The translations under genes and the position numbers were made by a program. This document shows positions 25,641 through 38,000 of a DNA stretch of 64,000 nucleotides, piece by piece. The notes under the pieces are model-generated. The model saw nothing but the letters and a program-made list of their open reading frames with translations, was not told the origin of the DNA and searched no databases. This DNA is from Hydrolagus affinis. Its lineage: Eukaryota. The DNA lies in NCBI GenBank assembly GCA_012026655.1, contig JAAILG010001060.1, positions 1 to 64,000 on the forward strand. Reading direction: 5' to 3'. Numbering within the stretch: the first letter of the stretch is position 1; every line of letters starts with the position of its first letter.

Positions 25641-25875
25641 GGAGAAGGAGAAGGAGGGAAGGAGACCATGAGAGGAGGAAGGAAGAGAGAAGAGAGTGAT
25701 AGAGAGAAGCAGAAGAAAGAGAGGTGTGGAGAGGGGGCGGTGGGGGGAAGAGAGCAGGAAGAGAGGTGGAGAAGAAGTTGAGAGGAAGAAGGAGAGAAGA
25801 AGAGGTGAGAAGAGTGGAGGGGGAAAGAGAGAGGAAGAGATGGGAGAGTGGAGGGGGGGTGGGGGCGGGGGAAAG
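25635..25875 (+). repeat. Polypurine GA-rich low-complexity tract
   Basis: About 240 nt almost entirely G/A on the plus strand, ending in G runs. Confidence 0.9.
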
Positions 25876-25879
25876 AATG

Positions 25880-26325
25880 AGACTCGAGTTCGATTCCCAG
25901 CAGGTCAGGGCGAAACCTTGGGCAAGTTTCTTTACTCCGCACGCCTGATAATAATCCCTCAAGAAAACAGCTTTTCGATAACAGCTTTTAAGAAGAGAAT
26001 TAGATCTTTATTTAGGGAGAACAGGTCTGTTAGGTTATGGGGAGAGAGCAGGGCAGTGGGATTGAGTTGCTCTATTCAAAGAGTCGGCACAGACTAGATG
26101 GGCTGAATGAGCTCCTTTTGTGCTGTAAAATTCTATGATTCTATGAAAAAAAAGAAGAATAAACTGGTCACTTTATAAATCCACTGTTTTGTGTGGACGC
26201 CGCCCGGCGTGCGCACCTGGCTGCTGCGTTTTCTCCCACAACTGTACTGTCAATTCACTTTACAGTGTATTCTAGAAGGCGTGAAAAGCGCTGCATCAAA
26301 TGCCAGGATTGTTATTATTTTATTT
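25880..26325 (+). mobile_element. Dominant SINE interrupted by a CR1 3'-end insertion
   Basis: The 5' part (GTTCGATTCCC...TAATAATCCCTCAAGAAAA) stops at ~25967. The SINE resumes at ~26147 with AAAAAAAGAAGAATAAACTGGTCA. Confidence 0.8.
25968..26146 (+). mobile_element. 5'-truncated CR1-type LINE 3' end
   Basis: GGCACAGACTAGATGGGCTGAATGAGCTCCTTTTGTGCTGT followed by (ATTCTATG)x2, the CR1 terminal 8-mer repeat. Confidence 0.8.
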
Positions 26326-26330
26326 ATGAA

Positions 26331-26810
26331 TCCTGGCTCAGTTGGTAGCACTCTTGGCTCTGAGGCAGAAAGTTGTGGGTTCAAGCCCAACGTCGGGACT
26401 TGGAACTGGTATCCTCTGAGCTGTTAATCCAGGGCAGTGCTGGAGGTGTGCTGCATGGTTGGGAGTTGACACGCTTTGGATGATATGCTAAATTGAGGCT
26501 CCTTATGCTTGTCAAGGTGGACATTAAATATCCCATAGTACTATTCAAAGAGAGAAGAGCATTTATCCTGGGGTCCTGGCCAACAATCCTCCAAATAAAA
26601 CTGGTCATTCACTCAATGTCTGTTTCCAGCACTTTGGGACATGAAAGGCATTATGTAAATGCAACCTGTTGTTGCTGCTTGTGGGACATTCTTGCGCTGC
26701 CGCATTTTGCCCACAAAACACACGATTCATTAGCACTTTACAATGTGTTTCTTGTGAAGGGCTTTGGGACGTCCCTCTGCATTGGGAGGCACTGTACCAA
26801 ATGCAAGATT
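26331..26810 (+). mobile_element. Older tRNA-headed Deu-domain SINE (SacSINE1/AmnSINE-like) plus a second SINE 3' fragment
   Basis: TGGCTCAGTTGGTAGCACTC...GGGTTCAAGCCC head. Deu-like core TTAAATATCCCATAGTACTATTCAAAGAGAGAAGAGC...TCCTGGCCAACA. Confidence 0.75.
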
Positions 26811-28909
26811 TTTTTTAAATTTTTTGGAAATCCTTCCTTGTCATGATCAGGAGGAATTGGACCTACTTAACTATTTCTCCCCTGCAGAATAAGAATATTG
26901 GGATGTTACTACTTATAATGTTGACTGCAAAGCATTCAGATATCAATATGCCAAGGCTAGATACTTGTAAATCTAATCAATTGTACATTAAATCTTTTCT
27001 CAAAAGTGGAGCAAAGTTAAAATAGTTATTGCATTGCTGCCTGCATACCAATGAGTAACACTTCACACCACACATACTAGTTCAATGATACAATCTTGTT
27101 GAGTTATTCCAGAATAAATACAGTAACATCTTTTTGGTAGTGGGTATGCATAGCCTGCAGCAACCTATAAAAAGTTAACATCACTGTCCCCATTCTGTTG
27201 ATAACTATACTTCTATTGCTTTTCTCACACACATGGGAGGTTTCTTCACCCTGTTATTTTGCTGGATCACTGGCGCAGGACCAGTGTTCATTGAAATCTG
27301 TGCGTGGCTGTAAATATTTATAAGTCATACTTTAAGTTAGCACATTCGGTTTGCTAATTTTGCTTGTACACAAATGTCATGGTATTTGCAAATGTATGTC
27401 TGTTTACAAATTCCAATGGGAAATTTCAAAAGCATTTCCAAAATATTTTTCTTTGTTGCCATTTTCAACTCCATTTCTATCCTCACATGCCACTTGGCAC
27501 CACACATCCTGCTTCAGGCAGGATGTCAGGTTGATGCACTCCGCAGGTGTCTCTGCAGCTGCAGACTGTGCTATTAGGATGCATGATTCAGTTGACTAAC
27601 AAGAGAGGCATGGAGCAATGTCAGCTTCTTCCTTCACCCAAGAGGGGCCATCTTTATTCAATATGGTACTCTGTCTCGCAGCATTGCATAGAGCTGACAA
27701 ATCTCATCGAACTGACATAAGCAATTTGGAGTGACAAGAATTCCCTAAGAATTAAGCTCCCTCTGTTTGGAGTCAAACAATGTTGTGCTACTGAAACATC
27801 ATCCCGTGTCTTATCTTTTATTTTGTAATTAAGCTTTAATGAGATTATAATGCACCCTGATCCTGACAGAATATGTTTTATTTATTATGGTGCAAAAAAA
27901 GCTTAATCTAGTGAGTTCAACCTCCTCAATTTGTTCCAAAATGAATAAAAATCAATGGCTATATTCTGATTTATGTCTATTTTCTTTTAAACAATCGAAA
28001 GACCACAGCAAAGTATGACTAGACTTAAATGTGTGTGTGGTGGTGGGGGTGGGGGGAGGAGGAGTGGGGGGTAGAATAGTTGCTTAATACAAGAGCAAAA
28101 TAAATTTGTGTTCAGTATAAACAATGATGCTGGCAGCAAAAAATCCACACAGGTGTCCCCATTGTGTGTTGTGAGAGGTGATATTACGTTAAGTATTATT
28201 GTTACTAGCAACTTAAATCGAGAATAATCAATGCTGAATCTAAAATAATTATTTAAATTTTGCTTTTATTAATCAGCGAACCATCAAGACATTGAAAACA
28301 ATTGAAGGATGCACAATTAGTAAGTAAATCTTTTGAAATATTAAATAGTATGTGAAAGGTTATTTAAGATCATAATAATAGTTATTGCTTAAAAGTGTTG
28401 AATCGTATCATACCATGACCAGAGGTCACTTACTGAGCTTTATGATTCCTCTTTGAAATTCCTTATATTTTTTTGGGGGGTTTGGGGGGCACAAATTTAA
28501 AATGTAACCATAAATGTAGATGTTAAGAGACTATGTGCAGTAAGAGGGAAATGAACAAAGTAGTTGACAACCAAAATGCAGTACAAAATTCTTAGTGTGA
28601 ATTTGTTTGGAAATTGTAGATGCAATTAATTAATTGGAACAGAAAAAGAGACCGAAACAAGTCTCCTTTTGAGCTCCTCAAAAGCAATGAATTCAACAAA
28701 TGGAGGTAAATCTGAAATGTATCATGCATATTTTAGTTTTAAGTGCATTACAAATATGAATTTTCTGAATATTTGTGTATGGTTTGTAATAGCTACATAC
28801 ATTACAAGCAACATTATGAATACGTAGTTTTGAAAAAAGGATTCATGAATGCTTAATAAGGTTTCTTGTCTATACCAAACCTCTGGCTGAATGGGTCATT
28901 AAACGCAAA

Positions 28910-29009
28910 NNNNNNNNNNNNNNNNNNNNNNNNNNNNNNNNNNNNNNNNNNNNNNNNNNNNNNNNNNNNNNNNNNNNNNNNNNNNNNNNNNNNNNNNNNN
29001 NNNNNNNNN
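28910..29009. other. Assembly gap (100 N) abutting a poly-C run
   Basis: A run of exactly 100 N, probably a placeholder of unknown size. Confidence 0.99.
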
Positions 29010-32000
29010 CCCCCCCCCCCCCCCCCCAACTTGGGTCTTAATCCCTGACTCTTCAGACCTTTGGGATATCCTCCCAACGTGTAAGGCACTATACAAATGT
29101 AATTTTCTATTATATCATAATACTGTAATGTGGCAGCTCAGGCTGCATGAAATATTGGTAATGGTTAATTTCTCCGATAAATATCACAAACCTATTTAAT
29201 AACAGACATATAGGCAGGGTTTCCAGCCCCTGTAGAAGAAGAATAACATGTTGTTCTCTAATCTCCAGTTAGGACCCAGTACTAGATTGGATATTTTTTA
29301 ATGTTTTCCCCAAAGGTGGTCTGTTCTCCAGTACTTTGTCCAATAATTAGTTTTTATCTGTGAGTCTAGGCATTAAAGGTTGCTGGCTATTCAACAGGGG
29401 ACAGTACACTCAATCCTACCTGTCGTGGTCTAATATCAAAACACATTCAGAGCAGAATTCTCTCTCTTCCTACCTTCCCAGCCTGGAGGCTTTGAGATCA
29501 ATTTGTAGTTCTGTCTCACTACTGCCATGATTAAGCCGAGCTAACGGCATGCAGACTGGAAATTGAATCTGGGACCATCTCTGCGTTTCGTATGAGGCAG
29601 GGTCTTCAGTCGCAGAGCCAATGGGAGAAGTCCATAATTATCTTTATTTAAAGGAAAGATTAGATTTAAAATGGAAATCAAGTCAGTCAATGATTGAGAT
29701 TGCTTTATTCTGTAATTATCTGGAACAATGACTTAAAGGCCCGGAGCAGTAGAATTCAGCAAGTGCTATCCAAAGAGCAATAATGTGCAAGATGAATCAA
29801 ACAGTGAAGGAATTGCTGAGGGAGGAAAGTAACAAATAAAATGTTTGTGAACCACCGATTTAATCTTTTATAAATTATAGAGCAGAGGGTAGAATGATTA
29901 GTGACACGGTTATAATTCATTACAGAGACCTCGGTTAGGTGATTATACCTTATTGTAGTTGGACTCTGTAAAAATGACATTATGTTAAATGTCAGGCTTG
30001 TTAAGTATCTGAAATCTAGAAAATGTGACACAAAGCAATTTGTATTATGACAGAAAACAAGCTTGAATGTATAGATATAAATAGAAAATAGTTTTGTAAT
30101 TTTATGATCAAATTAAGATAGAAGAGATATGATAATAAGTAGCTTCCAGTGCAGTACAGTGCCACTTACAGTTGAATAGAATAATTGTCAAGCTTGATTA
30201 TTTAAATTGCATCTTACTGACTGTCATTTGCTAGCATATATAAATTGATGTGTCCTACAGAAGGTTGACAATATCAGTGTTTTGTTCACACACGTCCAGA
30301 CTTTAACAGAAATAGGGAGTGAGTGCTGAAAGTGTCAGTTACAGAACGTGTCACATAATCCAGGAGAGTGATGTTCCAACATTTGCACTGTGCAAACCTG
30401 GATGAAGGCAAAACTAGCAGACTGTCATAATTTGTCAATATTAACTTCCTTGACATTTCACAGTTCATGGTTGTGCATTTCACTGTGTTTACTATTCAGT
30501 GATTGACAGTACTAATCAAACTTTGCAAGTTTGTTTTTGGAACACCCAGATCATTTTAATACTTATTAAACTAGTTTTGGGGGTATTAGAGCTGTACCTT
30601 TCAGATTGTGGGAGACGGAGCGCTTTTGCTAAATTTATCATTGGTTTTCAAGAAGAAAACGCTAAATTCATAATGTTTGACATATGCAGAAACCCATGTC
30701 CAAGTATCCAAAGAAGATTGAGGCTTCCATGAATGTATATGGCTTACACATGGAAATTCCCATAACAGTCTATTTTTCAATGAATTATGAGGTATAGTCC
30801 TTTGCTTATAAATGTATTAGATTCCCAGTATTATCCATGCAGTTTATACAATTTCTTTGTTCTCAGCATTGCCAAAGCTGGAAATAAGGTAGCTATAGGG
30901 TAATTCGTTACCATCTTCAAGACCCGGACTATGCCAGTGTTAGATTAATGCTTCCTCTTCTTAATTTTCTAAAATAAAATTAAATTACCAATTACCACGT
31001 ACTGATGTGTAAGCTGTCAGTGTGGTAATGTGAATAATATACTGTATTTCTTTCACAGTAAAGCAGTAATATAACCTACATTGCAGCTAATTATGTAAAT
31101 TCTCCAGGATAGTGTTAAGTACTACGGGTATATTTCCTCATCATTAACTTCAATTCCAACTTATTTATGTATTGTGTGCCTGGGTTATCAAAATAATTGA
31201 TACTAGTTTTATTCTGTAACTGTTCCACTTGTAATCACTGATTTTGTAACCAAATTTTTTAACTAGGAGGTTAGAAATGTCAAAAAAAAGCATATAATAA
31301 CAAAGAATGATGTGCCTTTCCATTCAGGAGAGTTCTGTACTTCAAATCCAAGAGGAATGCAAATTGCTGCATCAATTAGTGCATAAAATGTTCAAGTTTG
31401 CTCTATCTTCTAAATGATGCCTCAGGCTCTAGATACAGTATTGTACATCCTTTGCTCATATATTTCACTGTACAGTACAATACTATTTTCTAGTAATATG
31501 GCTTTAATTTTCAAGGTTCCATCAGATTGTTGTCAGTTAGACCTGCATCAAAATACACTTTGAATCAATAGCTGCTTTTCATTTCGTAACCATTTAGTGT
31601 GACCTGTTGAGTGGCAAGGAGATAGATAATCATGGTAAACTCATGATAACATTTCTGGTCTTTTTTGGTTGGAAAATAGTTTCAGTTGTTGTTATAGGTC
31701 TTTTGTTTGGAAATGTTTGCATTCTGTCTGTGTGACAGATCATGCTTGGGAGCAGTGACATGCTTGTTAATCTTTGAGAGACTATAAATGGGGACAAAGA
31801 ACAGCAGAGAGAAAGATGTACCATGTTCCCAGGGCCTGAAAGCTACTAACCATCCAGATAAATTTCAGTCACTGCTTGGTTTGTCAAATGCACAAAGAAG
31901 CTGGAAATAAACTATTGCAAAGGCTAGATTCAGATATTGAATAAACGCTATAAGAAAGCTAGGAATAAAAGAATATTTTTCTACATAGGAAGGCCAGAAA

Positions 32001-35000
32001 GAAAACAAATAGCTAAAATCCCAGCATTGGTGGATAGTTAACAACCCTGGCAGCAATAGTTTCGCAGCTCACACAATCTCATTCGCATTCATAGTTTGTG
32101 ATTTTGAAAAATGCCAGAAAATTGGAACTAAAGTACTTGTTTTGAATCATATACAAGGGCACTTGAGCCTGCACAAAAACACTATTGAGGCCTTGCTGTT
32201 AACTTCCTCGAGTCTTTTTGAATTTTACAATCACTGGCAAATGCTATGTACTGATGGAAATGGAGATCATCAAGGAAAATGTTCATGAAGAATATACAGA
32301 TTGGTAGCCAACCAAAATTGGTAGTCACATTATTTTTAACCTTAAATATTGTACATATCATTTAACTGTACATTTGCCTAATAAAGCACACATACAAAAA
32401 TATATATTGTATAATTTCTTATCCTGTTCGCTTGTGCATATGATTTGGTAGGTTTATATCAGGTCAACTACAAAGATTGATAATTAATGAAATGGAAACT
32501 AACACTCGTTAACAATGCTATTTGTATTCATAATCTTCTTCCATATGCTATGGTAAGAAGTATATATTATACTGAAAATCCTTCTTCCCTATTCCTTATT
32601 ATTCCTTGCTTGTGATGAAATTTGTATCTACCGATTTAAAGTTTTATATTCACTAAATTGGATTAAGTAGTGTCACTGGACTAGCTAGGTCATATGACCT
32701 AACCCCCTCGTGTGACATACTGTGCACTGAAACAAGGTAGTTTCCTTCTTGGGATACTCATAAATTCCTCACAGCATGGATTGGGGATTACAATCTCAAA
32801 GAAGATGACTTCATTTCCTGCACCTTTCTATTGATCACAATGGGATCAGTTTTAAACAGTGTTTTTTGGAGACTAATAACAACTGATAGGAATATTTAAT
32901 CCTGGAAATTCAGGCTGAAAGTGGTTTAGACTTTGACTTAATTCACGTGTGCTTTGGAATGACAAGATGCATTTTAGAAGGGCAAAAGATTTTGATCTAT
33001 ATATCTTTGGGTGACATAAATGAGGATGTAAATTGAAGGGAACCTTGAGTGTTGTAAACAACACTTGAAAGCTTTGGTAATTCCCAGGGGAAAAAATGAC
33101 AGCATTTATTCCTGATATTCTGGAAGAAACTGAAAATCATTTCTGAACCCAGACTGTGTGATTTTCATGGTGAGAGAGAATATAAATAAATGTAGCATGT
33201 GGGAAGAATAATTGCTTCTATTTTTACTCTGTAGATTCAGTGTATTAAATGTAGATGAATAAGTGAAAGAGTTCATAGAACTCACCTTATACTCTAAAAT
33301 TATAATATTTACCAGACTAATATGAAAAATAATTTATTGCCATGTTGGTGTCTTTTTCTAAGAACCCTTTTTTCAAGCATGGAAAAATGAGTTGGCACAG
33401 AGTGAAATAAAGTGGCAATATATTTGTTGAGGTTCATTGATGAATTATTAATAAGTAAATGCATTTTAAGTTTTCTTTTTGCTTGATTGTACAATGCTAT
33501 ATTGGTAGCCTGAGGAGCGGGGGTCAGAATGATCTTTGGGTCACATTATATTTACCAGTTGAAATATTGTGGTAAATTCATCTGTTTATTTGGCCTGCTT
33601 CCCATTTTATACATTCATTTTTACTTACAGTAGAACCACAAGTACTCTTAGTTAGGTAATTAAGAAACAATTGATTAAGATACAGAAGCCACGTTTGCTG
33701 TAGGTTGGTAGATGGCTGTTATTTTTGGTCTCAAATGCACTTTGAGTGAGTGTGATAGTTACCACACTCAATTGTTGCTTTTGCTAAAGAGCTTGATAAA
33801 TGGCTAGACTCTAAATAATCCTGTGGCAAGTTCCCCTCAAAGGAAAATACGATTACAGCATGTATTAGAAGGGATGTAGGAAATTAGATTATAATAGCCC
33901 AGGGTCTATCTAATACGATTGCATATACGCAAACATTAATGGGAATTTGAGAACAGGTCCGCTAAGTTTTTTTTGACTCATTTGAATGGAAAAACATTTA
34001 ATATAGATTTCAAATAAATAATCTTTATTCTATTGGGATCAATTGAGCTGGAATTGCACAGTGTTTTGAAGTCCTTTGACAGTTGATAGCTGAGAAATGT
34101 TGAGTGCTCAATTTTAAAGCTCAATTGTGCCTGAGATTTCTGTGTTATGTTATTTCTCAGTTCAAAGATGTATACGGTAAAATCCTGTACATTATGTATC
34201 TCTCTCTCTTTCTGTCTGTCTCACTCTCAATACACAAAATATATTCTAGAAAATTGTCCATAACATCAGTAGAATAAGTTCCTGATATAATTTTTGACTC
34301 ACAAATCAATTAGCTAGTATTTTGCCTACAGTCTTAACAGTAGCAGCTCTGCTTTGGTATTGCAATCTGGACACGATCAAAAGGAATACAAAGGTAAGAA
34401 GTAATTTGCCAGCATCCAGGGAGTCGCGGATTTGAGCTCTCAATATGGTGGAGAACTCCCATCATCCCAACCTATGTTTCTATAATTCAACCTGAAAATT
34501 TTCCTCGGATTCTTTTATACCTCCCCTATTCCACTGATCCCATCTCCCTTTGTTCTAAAAAGCTATGTCATTGAGACTGTAAGGTATTACTTGATAACAG
34601 TGTGAGTGGCAGCTTTTAACAAAGGGCTCTGTCAACCACACCACTTTCAGATATCTCTGAATGAACTACTTTCCACCTTCATTGGATAGGAGTGACCAAA
34701 CAATTTATTACATGCAGTGTGGTTACAAGAGCATGTTATTACTTAACTGTAGGAATCTCAAATGATTATCACCTTAAACTTTATGTAAATCATTCATAAA
34801 ATAAATATATGTATTAGTACAGACCATAGTTCCTGTGGACAGTAAATGGGCAATGTGTTAAAGTAATGAAGGAGTTTCTGGTTATCATTTACAAATATGT
34901 TCCATAAAACACAACTAATCTTTTCAGGTGGACATATCAGAATATAATTATATTTCATTGAGGCTGTGGATGTCATGTATTTACAGATGTGATATATATA

Positions 35001-38000
35001 TATACATATAATGATGCAAAATAAACTTTTGGGGGGTTTCTCAATGTAGATGCCATTTGTGAATTCCCCGTTAAGATTGAATGACACATTAGCCCTTGTA
35101 TGACATGCTGACATTTCTATCACAACAGAGCTAGTTTTGACTCCATGAAAGTTGGAATGGAGACATGCTGGTCCAGCTCAGAGTCTTACCAATGTGTATA
35201 TCACATCAAAGCCAGATGCTATCTGCTGTGACAACTAGACTCCAGATTATTGCAAAGTATTTTGTACTGTACTTAAGTCTCTATACACTTGTTTGAAGTG
35301 CACAGCAATTTCAAGTGTAACTAACCTCTGATGTATGGAGCTTTTTTTCTGTGTGCACTGGGTCTGTGGTGGAAAAATGAAGGGAAATCACCAGTGAACT
35401 CTTAACAGATGAGACTCTCTGAACTATGGTGATCCTATGGAAGATGCATGTGATTGCCTGTAAATCTTCATTGTATATTGAAGTGTTTATCTCCCATTGT
35501 TGAAATCTTTTATTGCCCATAAATATGTTTTGTTGTTAAGCAGAAGTGTTACAAAAAGTTCTGTGAGACTTTGGCAAGCTGGTTTCTACCAGGTTGAGAG
35601 TTGAGAAAAAAACACCAGGTTGAGAGTAGAGGAAAACACAATTTCCTCAGAACACTACTAAACTTTAGCTTGTTAAAGCTAACAATTGCAAGTGAATTCT
35701 GGTTGGGAAGCATTGATGTAACTGTTAGGATGAACTTTCCTTATTTTATGTGAATCACTGCTTTAACAGATTTTATTTTTCTTTCAAAACTGCCTTTATA
35801 TTCACAACCTTGTCTACTCCACTTTGGACCCTGAGATATGGTTACATTGGTTAGGAATAATTGTCCATTTTGAATTCACACACTGATATATTTTGGATGC
35901 TCTCTTGTCATTTTATTTCAGGGGATATTCCATATTTATTTACTTTTTGTTTTTGTGCCAACAGCAGCTGTCAATGTGGATGCTGACTGTTCATGCTCTC
36001 CATGTCCTTAATATGTGATAATACAAGAGGATTAACAACTGCATTGTCATTACTGCAAGTTGATCAAGGGATATTATGTTTTGGGGGAAATAACAAATGC
36101 AGTATATATAGCTTGGCATTAAAATGTAAATTGGATAATTTTGCAGATGGTAGTCTGAAAGCTACAAAAGGAAAAGGAGTGGGAGTGTTTTCAGCTAAAA
36201 CCCAATAAGGAATTTCATCTAAATGATATGATCTTCTGCTCTCTTTTTATCAGATTGCACAGGATTTGGCTTTAGAATCAGATAATTTATTGTAAGTCAT
36301 CTTGTTTAACTTGCGATGTTTCCTTCAGCATTGTAAAGATTGTATATTTAAGATTGGTGTTATATCTAAGTATCTGCTTACCAGCAAGTAATTGATGATG
36401 TGTTATTTCTACACTATCCTGTGTTAGATTTATACATACTGAAATTTGCTGGTTGCTAATGCCACATATAAATGCTCCTTGTGCCTTCCAAAATAATCTC
36501 AGTGCAGTAATATGGTGTATAGTAAAGTTGAAATCAGAGGTTTAATTACATTAAGAATAATAACACAGTAGAACCTATTGAATCCACAGTGGATCACATC
36601 ACTTTTATCCTGTATTAAATGAGCTAAGCAACGCAAACAGAATAATCAACATACTATTTGGCTGTCATCTGCAGTGTAGGGACTAGAGATCACAAGGAGT
36701 TTTCCCTTGTTACTGTGATAGCCTTTTTATTTCAGACTCCCATCTGGGAGGCCGTGAGCACATTATCATACTGAACGCAGGGTTTTGTGTAATCTGCTTA
36801 ACTGCACTGTAGTCCAGAGCCTTCATTGCATATTTTGCAATTTATAATTCAAATGAGAACGCTATTCTGACAGCCTTTGAAAATTATTAAAACTCTTTTG
36901 TGCATATGCTTTTGTTCTTGTCTAATAGGCTCAGCATATTTAGGATGTTCGAGTGAAACGATTAATTTTTATTCATGAGTTTTGAAGACTGGGGATTAAA
37001 AGTGGATGGATGTTGCTGTTCTCATTCATGGGCATGAGACGAAAGGTGTTTTTTTGTTTGTTGAATAAAAAGGGAAGAAAACAGCAGCTTCCCTGTCATA
37101 ACTGATCAGTGACAGAAAAACAGTTCAATTACATAAGCGTTGGATTGAGATTTTTGAAGCCTATTTGTTCAATTTTGTAAGGTGTCATGTATTGTTCTGA
37201 TAATGGGCTTTTTGATCAAACTTGAAAATAATTCCAGTCTTAAAAGCGAAAAATGTCATATCTAATCTACAGTTAAAAAAAACTATGTTTGAATTAAACT
37301 GTCAATAAAATGATGTTTCAGGTAGCCGTAGTTTTTAGAGAAGCGAGTCAAGACGTAGAAAGAAATCTGAAATAACACATTTATAAATAAGGACGGTTAG
37401 AATGATGATGGGTGTCAGGTGCAGTTAGAAGCTATAGATAAACTGGAAAAATTCCTACAAAGCTGACCCCATCAATTTATAACAGACATAGAATTTATAC
37501 TTAAAACTAGTTTTTAATGTATTTTTTAAGTTTAGTTTCAATAAGATTTTAATTAGTTTTAATTTGTGAAAGATGAACAATTCCATTGACTTGTCACTGT
37601 TAAGATCTTCTGTAGATCTCACTGCTGCGGAGAATATAAATCTTTAAGATATGGTATAATGCAGACTGTTCTAGAATCAGCCTTCCCGGTAATCTATACA
37701 GCGTGAGCAATAATATGTTATGAATTGTGATCATTGCTCTCCACATGCTTCCCAGGATTGTTTTTCAACTGTTGGACATTGACTTGACTCTTTCAGTCTA
37801 GGATCATTTTCTTTATATACTGTACTAATATATTGATATACTGGTGAACACCTTTCAATAGTATTTAGAAATTTCATGATATAGTCAGTGTTGCAATTAA
37901 TATTCACTAAAATTATTTAAAACATCATTATAGAATGAATGTCATTATAATTTTACTTTTGGAAAGTCATTTTTTAAATGGCACTGTCTTTTGAATTAAT

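Noticed and set aside
25312-26097. Longest ORFs in the track (216, 168 and 133 aa)
   Set aside because: They are translations of the GA-rich polypurine tract and SINE sequence: low complexity, no domain.
27481-27720. GC-richer stretch with an open frame (VSLQLQTVLLGCMIQ...) in IMMP1L intron 1, considered as a nested gene
   Set aside because: No recognisable homology and no consistent partner exons or start.
28853-29096. ORFs spanning the N run
   Set aside because: Artefacts of the assembly gap.
35588-35639. 26-bp tandem duplication (ACCAGGTTGAGAGT...)
   Set aside because: Only two imperfect units; an ordinary slippage duplication.
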